From IMG/VR virus record IMGVR_UViG_3300032277_000005, positions 1-52,702 of that record: a stretch of 52,702 nucleotides of DNA. One strand, 5' to 3'. Below, piece after piece: positions 27,497 to 38,300 of this stretch (its first letter is position 1; each line of letters opens with the position of its first letter). The translations under genes and the position numbers were made by a program. Source of the stretch: a virus (taxonomy: Duplodnaviria; Caudoviricetes). The notes under the pieces were generated by a model that saw nothing but the letters and a program-made list of their open reading frames with translations, was not told the origin of the DNA and searched no databases.

Positions 27497-28477
27497 ATGG
27501 CTCTTTCGATATGGGATATTGTTAAAGGCGATATAGCCGCAGGCAAAGTTGGGGCTACGCAAGCAGCAGCAAAACCCGCCGCCCCTGCAGTGATGCCTCC
27601 GGTAACAATATCGACGCCCGCCCCGGCCACCGAGACAATCGAGATAGAGGGGGCGCAAGCGAACGGCTATGAACCCTCATCCTACAAGGCGGCCCCACAG
27701 GCGACCACAACGAGTTATTCTGCTCCTGCTAAAGCGGCAACGCAGTCGTATGAGGCTGTCAGCCAGGATGTTACGAATGACCAGTTAGTGTCAGACCAGT
27801 TAACCAATCTGCTTGATAGTGATAGCCCGTATATAAAACAGGCTAGGCAGCAAGGTCTACTGGCTTCGCATTCAAGAGGTTTATTGAATAGCAGTATGTC
27901 GGCAGGCGCGGCGCAAGGCGAGGCAATTAGAGCCGGTCTTCCTATCGCGCAGCAAGACGCCAATACTTATTATAGCGCGGCCACAAACAACGCTAACGCC
28001 CAAAATAGGCAGCTAGAGTTCGGCGCGAGAGAGTCTAACGCGGCAGCACTACAGCACAGCCAGCAACAAGCAGCAGCAATGCGAGCGACGGCAGACGCTA
28101 AAAACATAGCGAGTAGAGAGGCGACGGCAGCGTCAAACAGAGCTAAAGAGTTTGGGGCAACGGCAGTTAATCGCGCAGGTGAGTTTTATGCCAGCGCCAA
28201 AAACGCAGCCTCAATACAGAATGCAAACAATGAATTGACCGCTTCGCTTCAAGAAATGAAGAATGAAATAAGCACATATTCAACCGACGTACAGCGCAGC
28301 ACGGCGCTCGATAATCTTGGGTTAAACCTATTCAATACGGCGGTCGAGACAGGTGTTTTTAATAACGCTGAAACTGTGACAGGTTATTTCAATACAGTGT
28401 CAGACTTATTCCCTGATCTTGGCATTCAAATGATTAGCGATGCAGCATCAACAACGCCAGAAGGGGTAGTCGTGTAA
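27497..28477 (+). CDS. putative ejection/internal virion protein
   Basis: RGLLNSSM..A..A.PIAQQDA motif; Ala/Gln-rich. Confidence 0.6.
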   Translation: MALSIWDIVKGDIAAGKVGATQAAAKPAAPAVMPPVTISTPAPATETIEIEGAQANGYEPSSYKAAPQATTTSYSAPAKAATQSYEAVSQDVTNDQLVSDQLTNLLDSDSPYIKQARQQGLLASHSRGLLNSSMSAGAAQGEAIRAGLPIAQQDANTYYSAATNNANAQNRQLEFGARESNAAALQHSQQQAAAMRATADAKNIASREATAASNRAKEFGATAVNRAGEFYASAKNAASIQNANNELTASLQEMKNEISTYSTDVQRSTALDNLGLNLFNTAVETGVFNNAETVTGYFNTVSDLFPDLGIQMISDAASTTPEGVVV

Positions 28478-29895
28478 TGCGAACCATCACCCCCAGTAGG
28501 TTCGCGCAGTATTCCGAGCCAATCGCTAACCAGGCTTTAAATCAAAGCCGGCCGAGCGGCCAGAACGCAAGCCAGGTAAGTCAAGGAAGTGTTGGGTCAA
28601 ACATGCTTCAGGAATACGGCGGTATAGCCAAACACGCCCTATCACCAAGCAGCACTAGCATTGCTGGCGGCTACAACAAGGTTTATGACCTTGCGACAGG
28701 ATGGCAAGCCCCAACCACTGTGATGACTTCTGGTGGGGCAACAGCGATACCCGCTGACCAAATAGCAAGCGATAGCGGCACGTTCGGCGGCACAAACTTT
28801 GCTAACGCTGCTTACGGCTACGCTGGCGGAAAGCTAGCCAATGAGCTATTTGACAACAAAGGGTACTCCGATATAGGCGGGGCTACTGGGGCGAGCTTAG
28901 GGGCTTCCGCCGCTGTTGGAACAGGCGCGATAGGAACAACTCTTAGCAGTTTAGGTTGGGCTGCCGGGCCTGTTGGCGCTATAGGCGGGGCAGTGCTTGG
29001 TGCAGCTATCGGCTCATTGTTTGGCGGCGACTCAGATGATTATAGATTTCGCATATATTCTGGTGAGCTGGGCGAAAACTCGCAATTAAATACAGATCAG
29101 CTAACTGAGAAGCAAAGCGATTGGGAGTCGATAAACCGAGGCGGAGGGCTTGGTCGATACCAAGTGGAAGGCGGCGATAACATGACTGGCGCGTATGACC
29201 GCTGGGTGGGAAGTGGTGATTACAGCAAGAACACCAGCTCTGCCTATAAGTGGCTAAAGGAAGGAAACACATTTTCGATAGGTGACAAATACAGCGGCCC
29301 CGAGGGCGATTACTCAGAAGCCATCAGAAAGGACTGGGCTAGCGTGGATACAGCGTTCGGGAAGTACACAGTTGGACACATTGACGATATTCCCGGTAGA
29401 ACAAAGTTTGCAACAGGCTGGGTAGATTCTATTGGAAAGCTAGATGAGGCGGTGGCATCTATATTAACCCCAGATCAAATAGCGGCCAGCAAGGAGGGGC
29501 TAAGCGGATCTATACAGGGAACTCCAGATTGGCATAACAAGTCTGGGCAGAACTACGCAACAGACGCGATGGTATTTGACCGCTATACTGCAATCTTTGA
29601 GCTAGCAGGGCGCGATGATCTCGCAGAGCGATACATTGAGGCTATGGATAGATCCATATCAGGACAGGCAGAAGACGGCGGCAAAACAGCAAGAGCCATC
29701 GATGAGCTAGCAAAGATACTGGAAGCCGAGTCCAAATCACGCCAAGCACAAGCGGCAACGGACGCCACAGATAGTATTACTGCGGATAGAGTTAGCCCTA
29801 CAGCCACATCGAGGGCGCAACCAAACCCTAGACGAATCACAATCACCAGGCCAGAAGGGGTTATAAACCCAGCAATGGAGTTAAATTATGTCTGA
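28477..29895 (+). CDS. putative ejection protein
   Basis: Glycine-zipper GPVGAIGGAVLGAAIGSLFG. Confidence 0.55.
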   Translation: MRTITPSRFAQYSEPIANQALNQSRPSGQNASQVSQGSVGSNMLQEYGGIAKHALSPSSTSIAGGYNKVYDLATGWQAPTTVMTSGGATAIPADQIASDSGTFGGTNFANAAYGYAGGKLANELFDNKGYSDIGGATGASLGASAAVGTGAIGTTLSSLGWAAGPVGAIGGAVLGAAIGSLFGGDSDDYRFRIYSGELGENSQLNTDQLTEKQSDWESINRGGGLGRYQVEGGDNMTGAYDRWVGSGDYSKNTSSAYKWLKEGNTFSIGDKYSGPEGDYSEAIRKDWASVDTAFGKYTVGHIDDIPGRTKFATGWVDSIGKLDEAVASILTPDQIAASKEGLSGSIQGTPDWHNKSGQNYATDAMVFDRYTAIFELAGRDDLAERYIEAMDRSISGQAEDGGKTARAIDELAKILEAESKSRQAQAATDATDSITADRVSPTATSRAQPNPRRITITRPEGVINPAMELNYV

Positions 29896-30532
29896 TCTAT
29901 GGAGCACATTAGTCAAGGGCTTTGATACTGTAGTGGAATTCTCGAACAACGGAAGCCTTATTAGCGATGCTGTTAACGGCGCAATGTTTGGCGCACTTAC
30001 TACAGCTATTGGTGGTGGTGATATTGCAGAAGGCGCAGCATGGGGGGCGGCCGGCAATGCTTTGGCTGGGGCAGGTGATGAGGGTCTTTTTAAGATTGCT
30101 GGGCGAGGTGTAGCTGGCTACGGCATTGACAAAGCAGTCGGCGGCGATGGCCTGATCGGTGGCGCTGGTGGAATGTTGGCGGGCTTTCTTGAAGGCGGGG
30201 AAGGCGTCACAAGGACTGAAAACAATAAGTCTACTGACAGCACAACCACTAGAACAAAAGGTGGCGGCGCGGATATCGGCGGTAAAGAATCACCAGGGAT
30301 GCTTGAAAAATACGGTATTCTTAAAGCTGATGGCGACGGTACAGTGCTTGGCAAAGGGTTGGTATCTGCTATTGGCGCGATGGGAGCCGCCGACGCGAGA
30401 GAAGATGAAATGGAGAAGGCTGCAGAAATACGCGACAAGTCAGACCGCAACAAAAAAGAACTAGATGAAGAATTCCAGCAGCGGAACCTGGCAGGATTTA
30501 GACAGCCATCTATGATTGTGAGGAACGGATAA
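29888..30532 (+). CDS. putative ejection protein
   Basis: Gly-rich hydrophobic segments. Confidence 0.5.
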   Translation: MSDLWSTLVKGFDTVVEFSNNGSLISDAVNGAMFGALTTAIGGGDIAEGAAWGAAGNALAGAGDEGLFKIAGRGVAGYGIDKAVGGDGLIGGAGGMLAGFLEGGEGVTRTENNKSTDSTTTRTKGGGADIGGKESPGMLEKYGILKADGDGTVLGKGLVSAIGAMGAADAREDEMEKAAEIRDKSDRNKKELDEEFQQRNLAGFRQPSMIVRNG

Positions 30533-31020
30533 TGGAAGCCACAGACGAGCAGAAGTCTATACTTGAGCGAGTTGTCGTTAATGCAATGCGCGTAATGAGC
30601 AACAAAGAGACCTCCCCAAAGGTTATGGGGTTTCTAACCAGCGGCAAATCGACGGGCGAAGGGTTTTCACTGGCTCTTACTTATGTTCTTAAAACTGTTA
30701 TTAGCGGGCTGTTAAAGAAAGGGGTTGATGTTGCGCCAGAGGTTTTAATGAGCGAGAACGGCGGCGCATCTCAAGTTGCTCAGTTAATTGTCGCCCTGAT
30801 TGAATCGCAAGGCGGCGATATAACGCCAAACGAAATACAAAAAGGGCTAGAGGTCGGGCTGCAAAACTTTGGCACGATGATGAATGAAGATGCAGCTAAG
30901 GCCCAGCAACCGCAAGACCAGCAAGCGCAACCGCCACAACAACAGCAGCCACAGCAAGCCGCAGTACAACAACAGCCGCAACAAGGTATGCTTGCATCAC
31001 ATCAAGGAGGTGCTCAATGA
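30532..31020 (+). CDS. hypothetical protein with Gln-rich tail
   Basis: Coupled ORF. Confidence 0.6.
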   Translation: MEATDEQKSILERVVVNAMRVMSNKETSPKVMGFLTSGKSTGEGFSLALTYVLKTVISGLLKKGVDVAPEVLMSENGGASQVAQLIVALIESQGGDITPNEIQKGLEVGLQNFGTMMNEDAAKAQQPQDQQAQPPQQQQPQQAAVQQQPQQGMLASHQGGAQ

Positions 31021-31967
31021 ATTTAGGTGCAGCGTTAGCAGGTGGTGCGCAGGGTGTTATGGGTGGCTGGGATGACAACCGAGAGGCTATCAAAGCCCAG
31101 GCAGAGCGTGATTTTAAGATGACGCTTGAAGAAACTCGCATGACTAACACCAGAGCTTTGCGCGATGAAGGGTGGAAGCGAGAGGACGCCAAAGAAGAAC
31201 GATACCTACAAGACGAGGAAGTGCGACTAGGAAATGAACGCGCTGCCGCGATGGAGCAACGCGCCCATGAGATAAGCGAGAATGACAAAGACCGCGAGAG
31301 TAGAGAGAAGGCGTCTGCGCTGAGAGCTGGTAATAGCGACAAGCTACCGTCCAAGATCAAGCTGGCGGCAGAACAGCTAGATATTCTTCTTAAGAAAGAT
31401 ATGCTCACGCCTCAAGACGAAGAAAACATTAAGTATTATCGCGGCATAGTGGACGGGCACATAGGCGGCAGGGAGCCAGACGCTCCAAACCCAGGCGCTA
31501 TCGCCAAGCTAACTAGCGGGAAAGGAACACAGCGAGAGCTTGAGGGCTTCGAACGTGCGTTTGGCTTGGAGCCGGGTACGGCCAAGAAGCTATACGATAA
31601 AGCAAACCCGGCGCCACAAAAGACAGTGGAGGTGGCTGATACAAGCGCGGCAGGGCTGCTAGCAGGGCGTAATAAGGTTGTAGCGAATAAAGCAAAAAAA
31701 GCTAAAACTGATAGAGAGAAGGGAAAAGCCACATCTGATGCTGCCGATTATATAGAGAAGGTAAAAAACGGGTCAATATCTAGCACCCAGTCTTTTTTGA
31801 AAGGAGGAGTTTCATCGGCCATAAAGTCTAGCGCCAATGGGCAGCTTCAAGAGTTAGCGAATATAGCCGACAACCCAAATATCGACGCAGAGGTTAGGCG
31901 CGAGGCAAGGGCGATGATTCAAAAATTTATTTTATTAGAGCAAGGTAAAAAAGCAGAGACGCGCTAA
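31017..31967 (+). CDS. putative internal virion protein
   Basis: Gly-rich N-terminus plus charged coiled coil. Confidence 0.55.
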   Translation: MNLGAALAGGAQGVMGGWDDNREAIKAQAERDFKMTLEETRMTNTRALRDEGWKREDAKEERYLQDEEVRLGNERAAAMEQRAHEISENDKDRESREKASALRAGNSDKLPSKIKLAAEQLDILLKKDMLTPQDEENIKYYRGIVDGHIGGREPDAPNPGAIAKLTSGKGTQRELEGFERAFGLEPGTAKKLYDKANPAPQKTVEVADTSAAGLLAGRNKVVANKAKKAKTDREKGKATSDAADYIEKVKNGSISSTQSFLKGGVSSAIKSSANGQLQELANIADNPNIDAEVRREARAMIQKFILLEQGKKAETR

Positions 31968-34900
31968 TGGCTGAAAATATGCAGGATGACTATGATATTG
32001 GTACATCCGATTATTGGAATAACACCCCCGATGCCGGAGATGACTTTTCTAGTGCAGATTATTGGAACAGTCCATCCGCTGCCAAAGAAGAAGCAGGGGA
32101 CTTCATAAGCGGTGTTAAGTCGGGCTACGAAAACCTCAAGGCTGCCGGGCATGGTGCCAGCGCATTGCTGGGCGGTGCTTTCGGCAATGAGGAGTGGCAA
32201 GCTAGCGCACTCGAAGACTATCAAGCCGCTACTGCTAGGGCTGGCGAGCATCAAGGGCGCGTCACTCATATCGAGCAGATCAAGGGGTTTGGCGATCTCC
32301 TAGACTTCGCACAGTTCCATATGGGCAGTGGTATGGTATCGACCCTGCCTACACTTATTGGTGGTGGTGTTGGCTCTATAGCGGCTAAGAAGGCGCTTAC
32401 CGGGTACATTGAAGGTAAGGTCGCTGATGAGATTAAGAAAGGCGTAGCGGAAGACGTTGCGCTCAAAACTGTAGGCGCATCCATAGCTAAGAAAGGCGCT
32501 GCCGCTGGTGGTTTCGCTGCTGCCGACACTCAATTATCAGGTCTCACCTTCGGGAATATCTACGAAGAAACTGGCGAGATCGAGCGCGGCAAGTCACTTA
32601 TTAGCGGTACTGGCCAGGCTGCGCTTGAAATCATCCCCGGCATGGCTGTCCTTAGAAAAATGGGACTTGGCAAGGTCGCACAAGAAGGCATCCAAGAAGC
32701 TGCCGACGGAATTCTCAAAGCCACAGGTAAGATTGCCGGACAAGAGGCGCTTACTGAGGGCGGTCAAAACATTATCGAGACGGCTACCCTTAAATGGGTG
32801 GACGAGAACCGCGATCTACTAGGCGAGGAAGGCTATTTAGGTGTCCTTAATGCTATGGCAGCGGGTGCTGCTGGCGGTGCTGGTATGGGCGCAGGGTCTC
32901 ACCTTATCGGCAGAGGGCCACTGCGCGGTGTAAAACTCACCCCAGAGCAGAAAGAGCAGAACCGCAAGAAGCTACAAGCCATTCAGCTAGAAAGAGCCAA
33001 TGCCAAGGCGCAGGCAGCGGCAGATGCGACAGGTGGAGACTCTCTCACAAGGTCTATCGCCGAACAACAATCTCACATTGAGACTGATGGCGAGGTTATT
33101 GGCACAGGCCGAACACTACCTGGCGACTTGAACGAGTACCCGGCCGGCGAGATTACCGAGACCTTTGAGCCGCTAGTCGGTGATGATGGTGTTACTCAAC
33201 TTAAGCCCGGTGAACAGCCTATAATGCCGCAGAGAAACGCGGGGCAAGGCATTGACGGCCTTATCGCCACAGCAAACAAGCTCGGGTTTGAAGAAGAGGC
33301 AGTAAGACTTACCACAGCTAAAGACCTATATAAGCGAGCGGCAACGGTATCGAAAGACGGTGACAACGTGTTAGCGGGAAGGCTGGCCGATAAAGCTAAC
33401 GCTATCCGCAATGATATTCTAAAGCAGCCCGTTATTGAGCAAGAGTTCGCCAATCAATACCCGGTCGAATACACCTTTATAGTCGAGGGTGTAGAGGGTG
33501 GCGAGCTAGCGACTACCGATAACCAAAACTTCACTATGCCCGACGCTGATATTGAAGGCGAGTCGCTGCGAGTACCAACCAATAGGTTAGAAGATCGTCG
33601 CGGCACCAATCGACTAGAAGACAGCGGCACCATCTATGCGGGTCAAGACCCAGTAGTGCCGGGCGCACCAGGGGGTGACTATCAGGGTGTTGGCGACAAC
33701 ATTATCAACCGCACCGCAGGAAACCAACCGTTACTAGGCCGCAGAAATCTACCGAGCGAGATTGTTGATGACGTTCGTTTTGATGCGCGACGTGGCAACG
33801 TGTCACGACAGCAATCGCAACCTATAACAAGCGAAGAGCTAGAGCAGCCGGGGCTTGAGCAAGAAGCAATGGGTGCAAAACCCCAGCCTGTCATGACACC
33901 AGAGCAGCCTGTCATGACACCGGCCACGGCAGAAGAGATTGCGCAAGACGCCAAAGACGAGGCTAAGATCAAAAGGCAGGAGCGCGGGAAGGAGCAAGCA
34001 AGAAAGACCAAGATTGTTAACTCAGACAAAGATAGTATCGCTGAGGCCGTTGCGAAACTCGGCGGCCTTAATGAAGACTCGCAGATAAAAGCAACCGGCG
34101 ATAATAAGGCAAACAGGAACGTCCCGTTTGCAGGCCATGTATTTAATCACAAGACAGGCGTAGGCTTTGACGAAATGGCTATGCTTCTCCATGAGCAGGG
34201 CTACATACCTGCCGCTGAAATGGGAAATCTTGGCGGTGAGCCATACCTAACCGAAGCACTCCAAAAGGAATTTGGCGGTATGGGCAAGGTCTTCGCTCCA
34301 GGCTCGAAGGCCGAAAGTGCAGCGATGGAGCAGCAGGAGCAAGACGCAAGGGAGCAGGAGTCGTTTGCAGAAGAAGCCGCGCTTGAGAAGATTAAGCTAG
34401 AACGCGAAGCTGTTGAGCTGGAATTAAAGCAGCTTGAATCGCTATACCCAGAGGCAGCCATCACCGCCGCCCCCAGCAAAATGGAGATAGAAGTCGATGA
34501 ATACTACCAAGGACTTGAAAGCACCCGACCTGAACAGCTACCAGGCCAGGGAGCAGTGGCTCAAGCTGGACAAGAAGCGCAAGGCGATTATCAAGCGGCA
34601 GGTGTTGAGCATACGCAAGATCAAGCAGCAGAAGGCTTAACCCTTGCGACCGAAACTGATGGCATTAAGGCTAAGAAGCCAACAGCGAAGGAAGCCAAAG
34701 CCACAGACGACAAGGCTCAAATCGACCGAGAGCGAGACTTCTTTGGACTGGAACAGCAAAACAACCAGTCTAAATCAGAAGGAAATCAAGGCGGATTAGA
34801 TTTAGCGCCAAAGACTAGCCCGACACTGAGAGAGAAGCTTGCCAAGGCAGCAGAAGAAAAGGCCAAGAAAGGCACTCCATTAAGTGAGATAATAGTCGTG

Positions 34901-35002
34901 CACGAAGACGGCAAGAAAGAAAGCGCAGATAAAGCACTAGCAAATTCGATAAAGCGCCTCGACGCGCTATACGCACTGAAAGCGTGTATTAATGGAGGTT
35001 AG
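31967..35002 (+). CDS. large internal virion/ejection protein
   Basis: 1011 aa; EALTEGGQ motif; Ala/Gly helices. Confidence 0.6.
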   Translation: MAENMQDDYDIGTSDYWNNTPDAGDDFSSADYWNSPSAAKEEAGDFISGVKSGYENLKAAGHGASALLGGAFGNEEWQASALEDYQAATARAGEHQGRVTHIEQIKGFGDLLDFAQFHMGSGMVSTLPTLIGGGVGSIAAKKALTGYIEGKVADEIKKGVAEDVALKTVGASIAKKGAAAGGFAAADTQLSGLTFGNIYEETGEIERGKSLISGTGQAALEIIPGMAVLRKMGLGKVAQEGIQEAADGILKATGKIAGQEALTEGGQNIIETATLKWVDENRDLLGEEGYLGVLNAMAAGAAGGAGMGAGSHLIGRGPLRGVKLTPEQKEQNRKKLQAIQLERANAKAQAAADATGGDSLTRSIAEQQSHIETDGEVIGTGRTLPGDLNEYPAGEITETFEPLVGDDGVTQLKPGEQPIMPQRNAGQGIDGLIATANKLGFEEEAVRLTTAKDLYKRAATVSKDGDNVLAGRLADKANAIRNDILKQPVIEQEFANQYPVEYTFIVEGVEGGELATTDNQNFTMPDADIEGESLRVPTNRLEDRRGTNRLEDSGTIYAGQDPVVPGAPGGDYQGVGDNIINRTAGNQPLLGRRNLPSEIVDDVRFDARRGNVSRQQSQPITSEELEQPGLEQEAMGAKPQPVMTPEQPVMTPATAEEIAQDAKDEAKIKRQERGKEQARKTKIVNSDKDSIAEAVAKLGGLNEDSQIKATGDNKANRNVPFAGHVFNHKTGVGFDEMAMLLHEQGYIPAAEMGNLGGEPYLTEALQKEFGGMGKVFAPGSKAESAAMEQQEQDAREQESFAEEAALEKIKLEREAVELELKQLESLYPEAAITAAPSKMEIEVDEYYQGLESTRPEQLPGQGAVAQAGQEAQGDYQAAGVEHTQDQAAEGLTLATETDGIKAKKPTAKEAKATDDKAQIDRERDFFGLEQQNNQSKSEGNQGGLDLAPKTSPTLREKLAKAAEEKAKKGTPLSEIIVVHEDGKKESADKALANSIKRLDALYALKACINGG

Positions 35003-35004
35003 TA

Positions 35005-35343
35005 ATGGCGTTTTTATCAGAGGAAGACTACGAGGCTAGAAAGAAGTCTAAAGTAGCCAAGCTACCCGCAGCAGACAAAACAGGCGATGCTATCAAAGAG
35101 ATTGCCAAGGTATCTGCCACGCTAGCCGATGTTTCTACCAATACGCTCCGTATGGCCACTGAGAGCGCCGCTGAGAGCGCCACACAGACACAAGAGCTTA
35201 TTACTGCGCTAACTGCCGCCATTGCAAAGATGGGGCAGCACAAGGGCGCAAGGCCAGCCCCAGTAAGACTTGTGATTAACCGCAAAGACCGTCTTATAGA
35301 CACTATCGATGTAATACCTCTTGTCAAAAAGGCTGATAAATAA
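35005..35343 (+). CDS. hypothetical protein
   Basis: Coupled ORF. Confidence 0.6.
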   Translation: MAFLSEEDYEARKKSKVAKLPAADKTGDAIKEIAKVSATLADVSTNTLRMATESAAESATQTQELITALTAAIAKMGQHKGARPAPVRLVINRKDRLIDTIDVIPLVKKADK

Positions 35344-38300
35344 TGTCCAAAGTTTCATGTATTAATACTACTGCCAACCTTGATAAGCGTGATGTAAAGA
35401 CATTCAAGGCTGATATTAAATCAGGAGCCAAACCAGAAGATGTTGTTGAGATTCTTATTAGTGACGCCTTAGCAGAACACGAAAGTCTACTTGAAATCAT
35501 CCGAAGCAAGGGTGGTGTTGTTGAGGGTTATGTTCCCCCGGTAGAGGAGTTAAAGCCCGCCGCCGACGTTAAGGGGGAAGAGATAGAGGCGACCAAGGTA
35601 GGAAAGAAAAAGCCACGAGCAACCCCACCTGAAAAGAAAGCTCAGGCCGCAAAAAAAACTGAAGCTAAACCAAGCCCCACAAGCGCCCGCCCCGGAATCC
35701 TAACCGAAAGCAAAGCCAAGATAATAAGGTCTATGGCTAAAGATGCTGGAGTGAAAAAAGGGTCGCCGGGGTACGAAGATGCTATGACTGAAATAGCGTC
35801 TAAGTATGATGATGAGCTTGAGCGAGCGGAGTTTTCACTGCCTTTTGAAGAGTTTAAGGCTTTGCCTGATAACGGGCGCACAAGTGATGAGCAGTTAAGA
35901 GTTATTTACGACAGTGTAAGGGAAGAGCTGGGGATAAAAGAAAAGACCGCTGCGCCGGTAGACGAGCCTTTAGACGAGGAAGTGCGATTTCAAATCGCAG
36001 TTGATGATAGTAATCAGGCTATCATTGATGAGATTGACGAACTTTCAAAAAAGGCTAAAGCTCGTAAGGCTGAGTCTGAGCCAGAAGGAATGTCGATTGA
36101 TCTTGTTTTGCCTGAGCTTGATTATTTGTCAGATAAAGAAAAAACTCGATTCCATGATCTTAAGCAATCCCTCCCAAGTCAAGGGCAGGAGGCGACTGAT
36201 GCGAAAGCAAGAAACAAGGCGCGTGTTGCTGCGCGAAAAAATGCCAAGGAAAAGACTGTTGAGCTGGCTGACACCTCTGATGTTGGCGGCGAAATGTCAT
36301 TTAATCGCAGAGGCAAGGGGATAACTGCCAGCGAAATAAGAAACACTGAAAACGAGACAGAGCGCGTAGCACTCGCCGTAAAGTCGAAACTATGGAAGCG
36401 CCCAGATTATCAAGTCATGGTTGATGAGGGTGTTCAACCGGCAATCGCCCATGTAATAAAGCAAATATACGACAGCATCCCAACAAAACCCCCGTTTACT
36501 GGCGATAAGTATCTCAATGCCTACGCTGAAACTGTAGAAGCTACCCGGCAAGCCATAGATGACGTGCTGCTGAATCCCAAAAAGCTCGCAGCAATAATGG
36601 CCGCTATAAACGTGCAGATACAGAAAAGACAGGCTGTGTTCGGCGGCAAGGGCATGGATATATCGGAGTTGATGAACAAGGCGTTAGACCCTGTTACTGG
36701 CGCTGACCCGTTAGAGTCGATCACTGATATTGTCTTCCCCGAGAATGACGAAGGCGCTCGGTGGGGGCGCAAGAACGTAGAGGGCAACGATAAGGCTAAT
36801 GCCACCAACAACCTGTATAAAAACACAACCATATCAGTCGAGATGCTAACCAAGGCGCTTATAGCGATTGATAAGAAAGGCTGGCCTGCCAAGCAAGAGT
36901 CGTGGCAGCGGTCGTACCGCATAGAAGAGAAAGACGGCGAATTCCGTTTAATCAAAAACAAACGATACACGCCAGAAAGCATACATAAATCTAAAGATGA
37001 CGCGATAGAGGCCGCAAGGGCGCTTACCAAAAAAAGCAAGGATGATAAGTTTAAAGAACCTGAAACTCCCGTGGAGAACTCAAGGCGATTAGGCGATGAC
37101 TCTCGCGGCGGCAGGAACGTATCTTCCAAAGAACTGCAAGAAAGGTTCGGCTTAAAGGCTATAAATTTTGGCAACTGGATGAGCAAGCCCGCTGCGGCTA
37201 AAGAAAGGCAGGGCCATGTTAACAGTGCTTATGACGCCCTTAGTGATCTTGCGATAACCTTAAATCTTCCTGATAAAGCCATGTCCTTTGATGGTCAGCT
37301 GGGCCTGGCTATCGGCGCTCAGGGCGCTGGTGGTAGGAATGCCGCGCATTTTGTCGCAGGTGTTAATGAGATCAACCTAACCCGAACGTCTGGCGCAGGC
37401 AGCCTGGCCCATGAGTGGGCGCACATGCTTGACCATTACTTTGGTGTCCAGTCAGGAATGGCTGCAAGTTCAGACCCGTTCGCGTCATGGGCGACACTTG
37501 GGGTGAGGAAGATAAAAGAAGGTTCAGAAATTCGCCCGGAGATGGCAGAGGCATTTGGCACAATCGTCGAGGTCATGCGGAAAAAGAAAGAATCCATTGA
37601 GGCTATGAAGGCAAGGGAGCAGAAACACGCTGACCTCGCGGTCGAATCACTTAGTAAATTTATCGACAGCAACGACATAAGAAGCATTGTTGCAGGGGAC
37701 AAAGATGCAGAGGCGGCGCTTGCCAATATAGAGAAGGGCGGCAAGTCAGATTATACCGAGTGGCCCCCTGTTGGTAGGCGAAGAAAGCCAGAAGGGTACA
37801 CGTCGGCAGACGTTAAGTTAATTGCTGACCTAGCAGGATGGGATTTTGCGAAGGCTGACAAACTTAACAGCGAGGCTGGTGCTGTAAGGGTTTATGTTGG
37901 CGATTCCAAGATGGCTCAGAAGCAGCTTACATTGCACACTGATTTTTACCGTAACGCATCGGGGCTAGAGAGTAAAAGCGGCAAGCCTTATTGGACAACG
38001 CCGCATGAAATGTTTGCAAGGGCATTCGAGACATACGTTACCGACAAGCTAGACGGCAAAGATAAACTAAACAGCTATCTTGTAAGCGAGTGGAAAAACA
38101 ATACAGACGGCGAGATGGAGGCTCTTTTTAACGACGGCCCTAACTTCCGATACCCGCGTGATGCTGATAGAGCTGCGATCAACGAAGCCTTTGACACTCT
38201 TATTGGCGGAATAAAGACAAAGGAGACTGACAGCGGTGTGGCGCTGTATAGCCGCAACTACAAAACCAATCCAGCAGCAGCAACCGTCGCTGAAATCAAC

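Noticed and set aside
33884-33921. CAGCCTGTCATGACACC tandem repeat
   Set aside because: An in-frame 18-bp-period duplication (QPVMTP twice) in a linker; no sign of a wider system.
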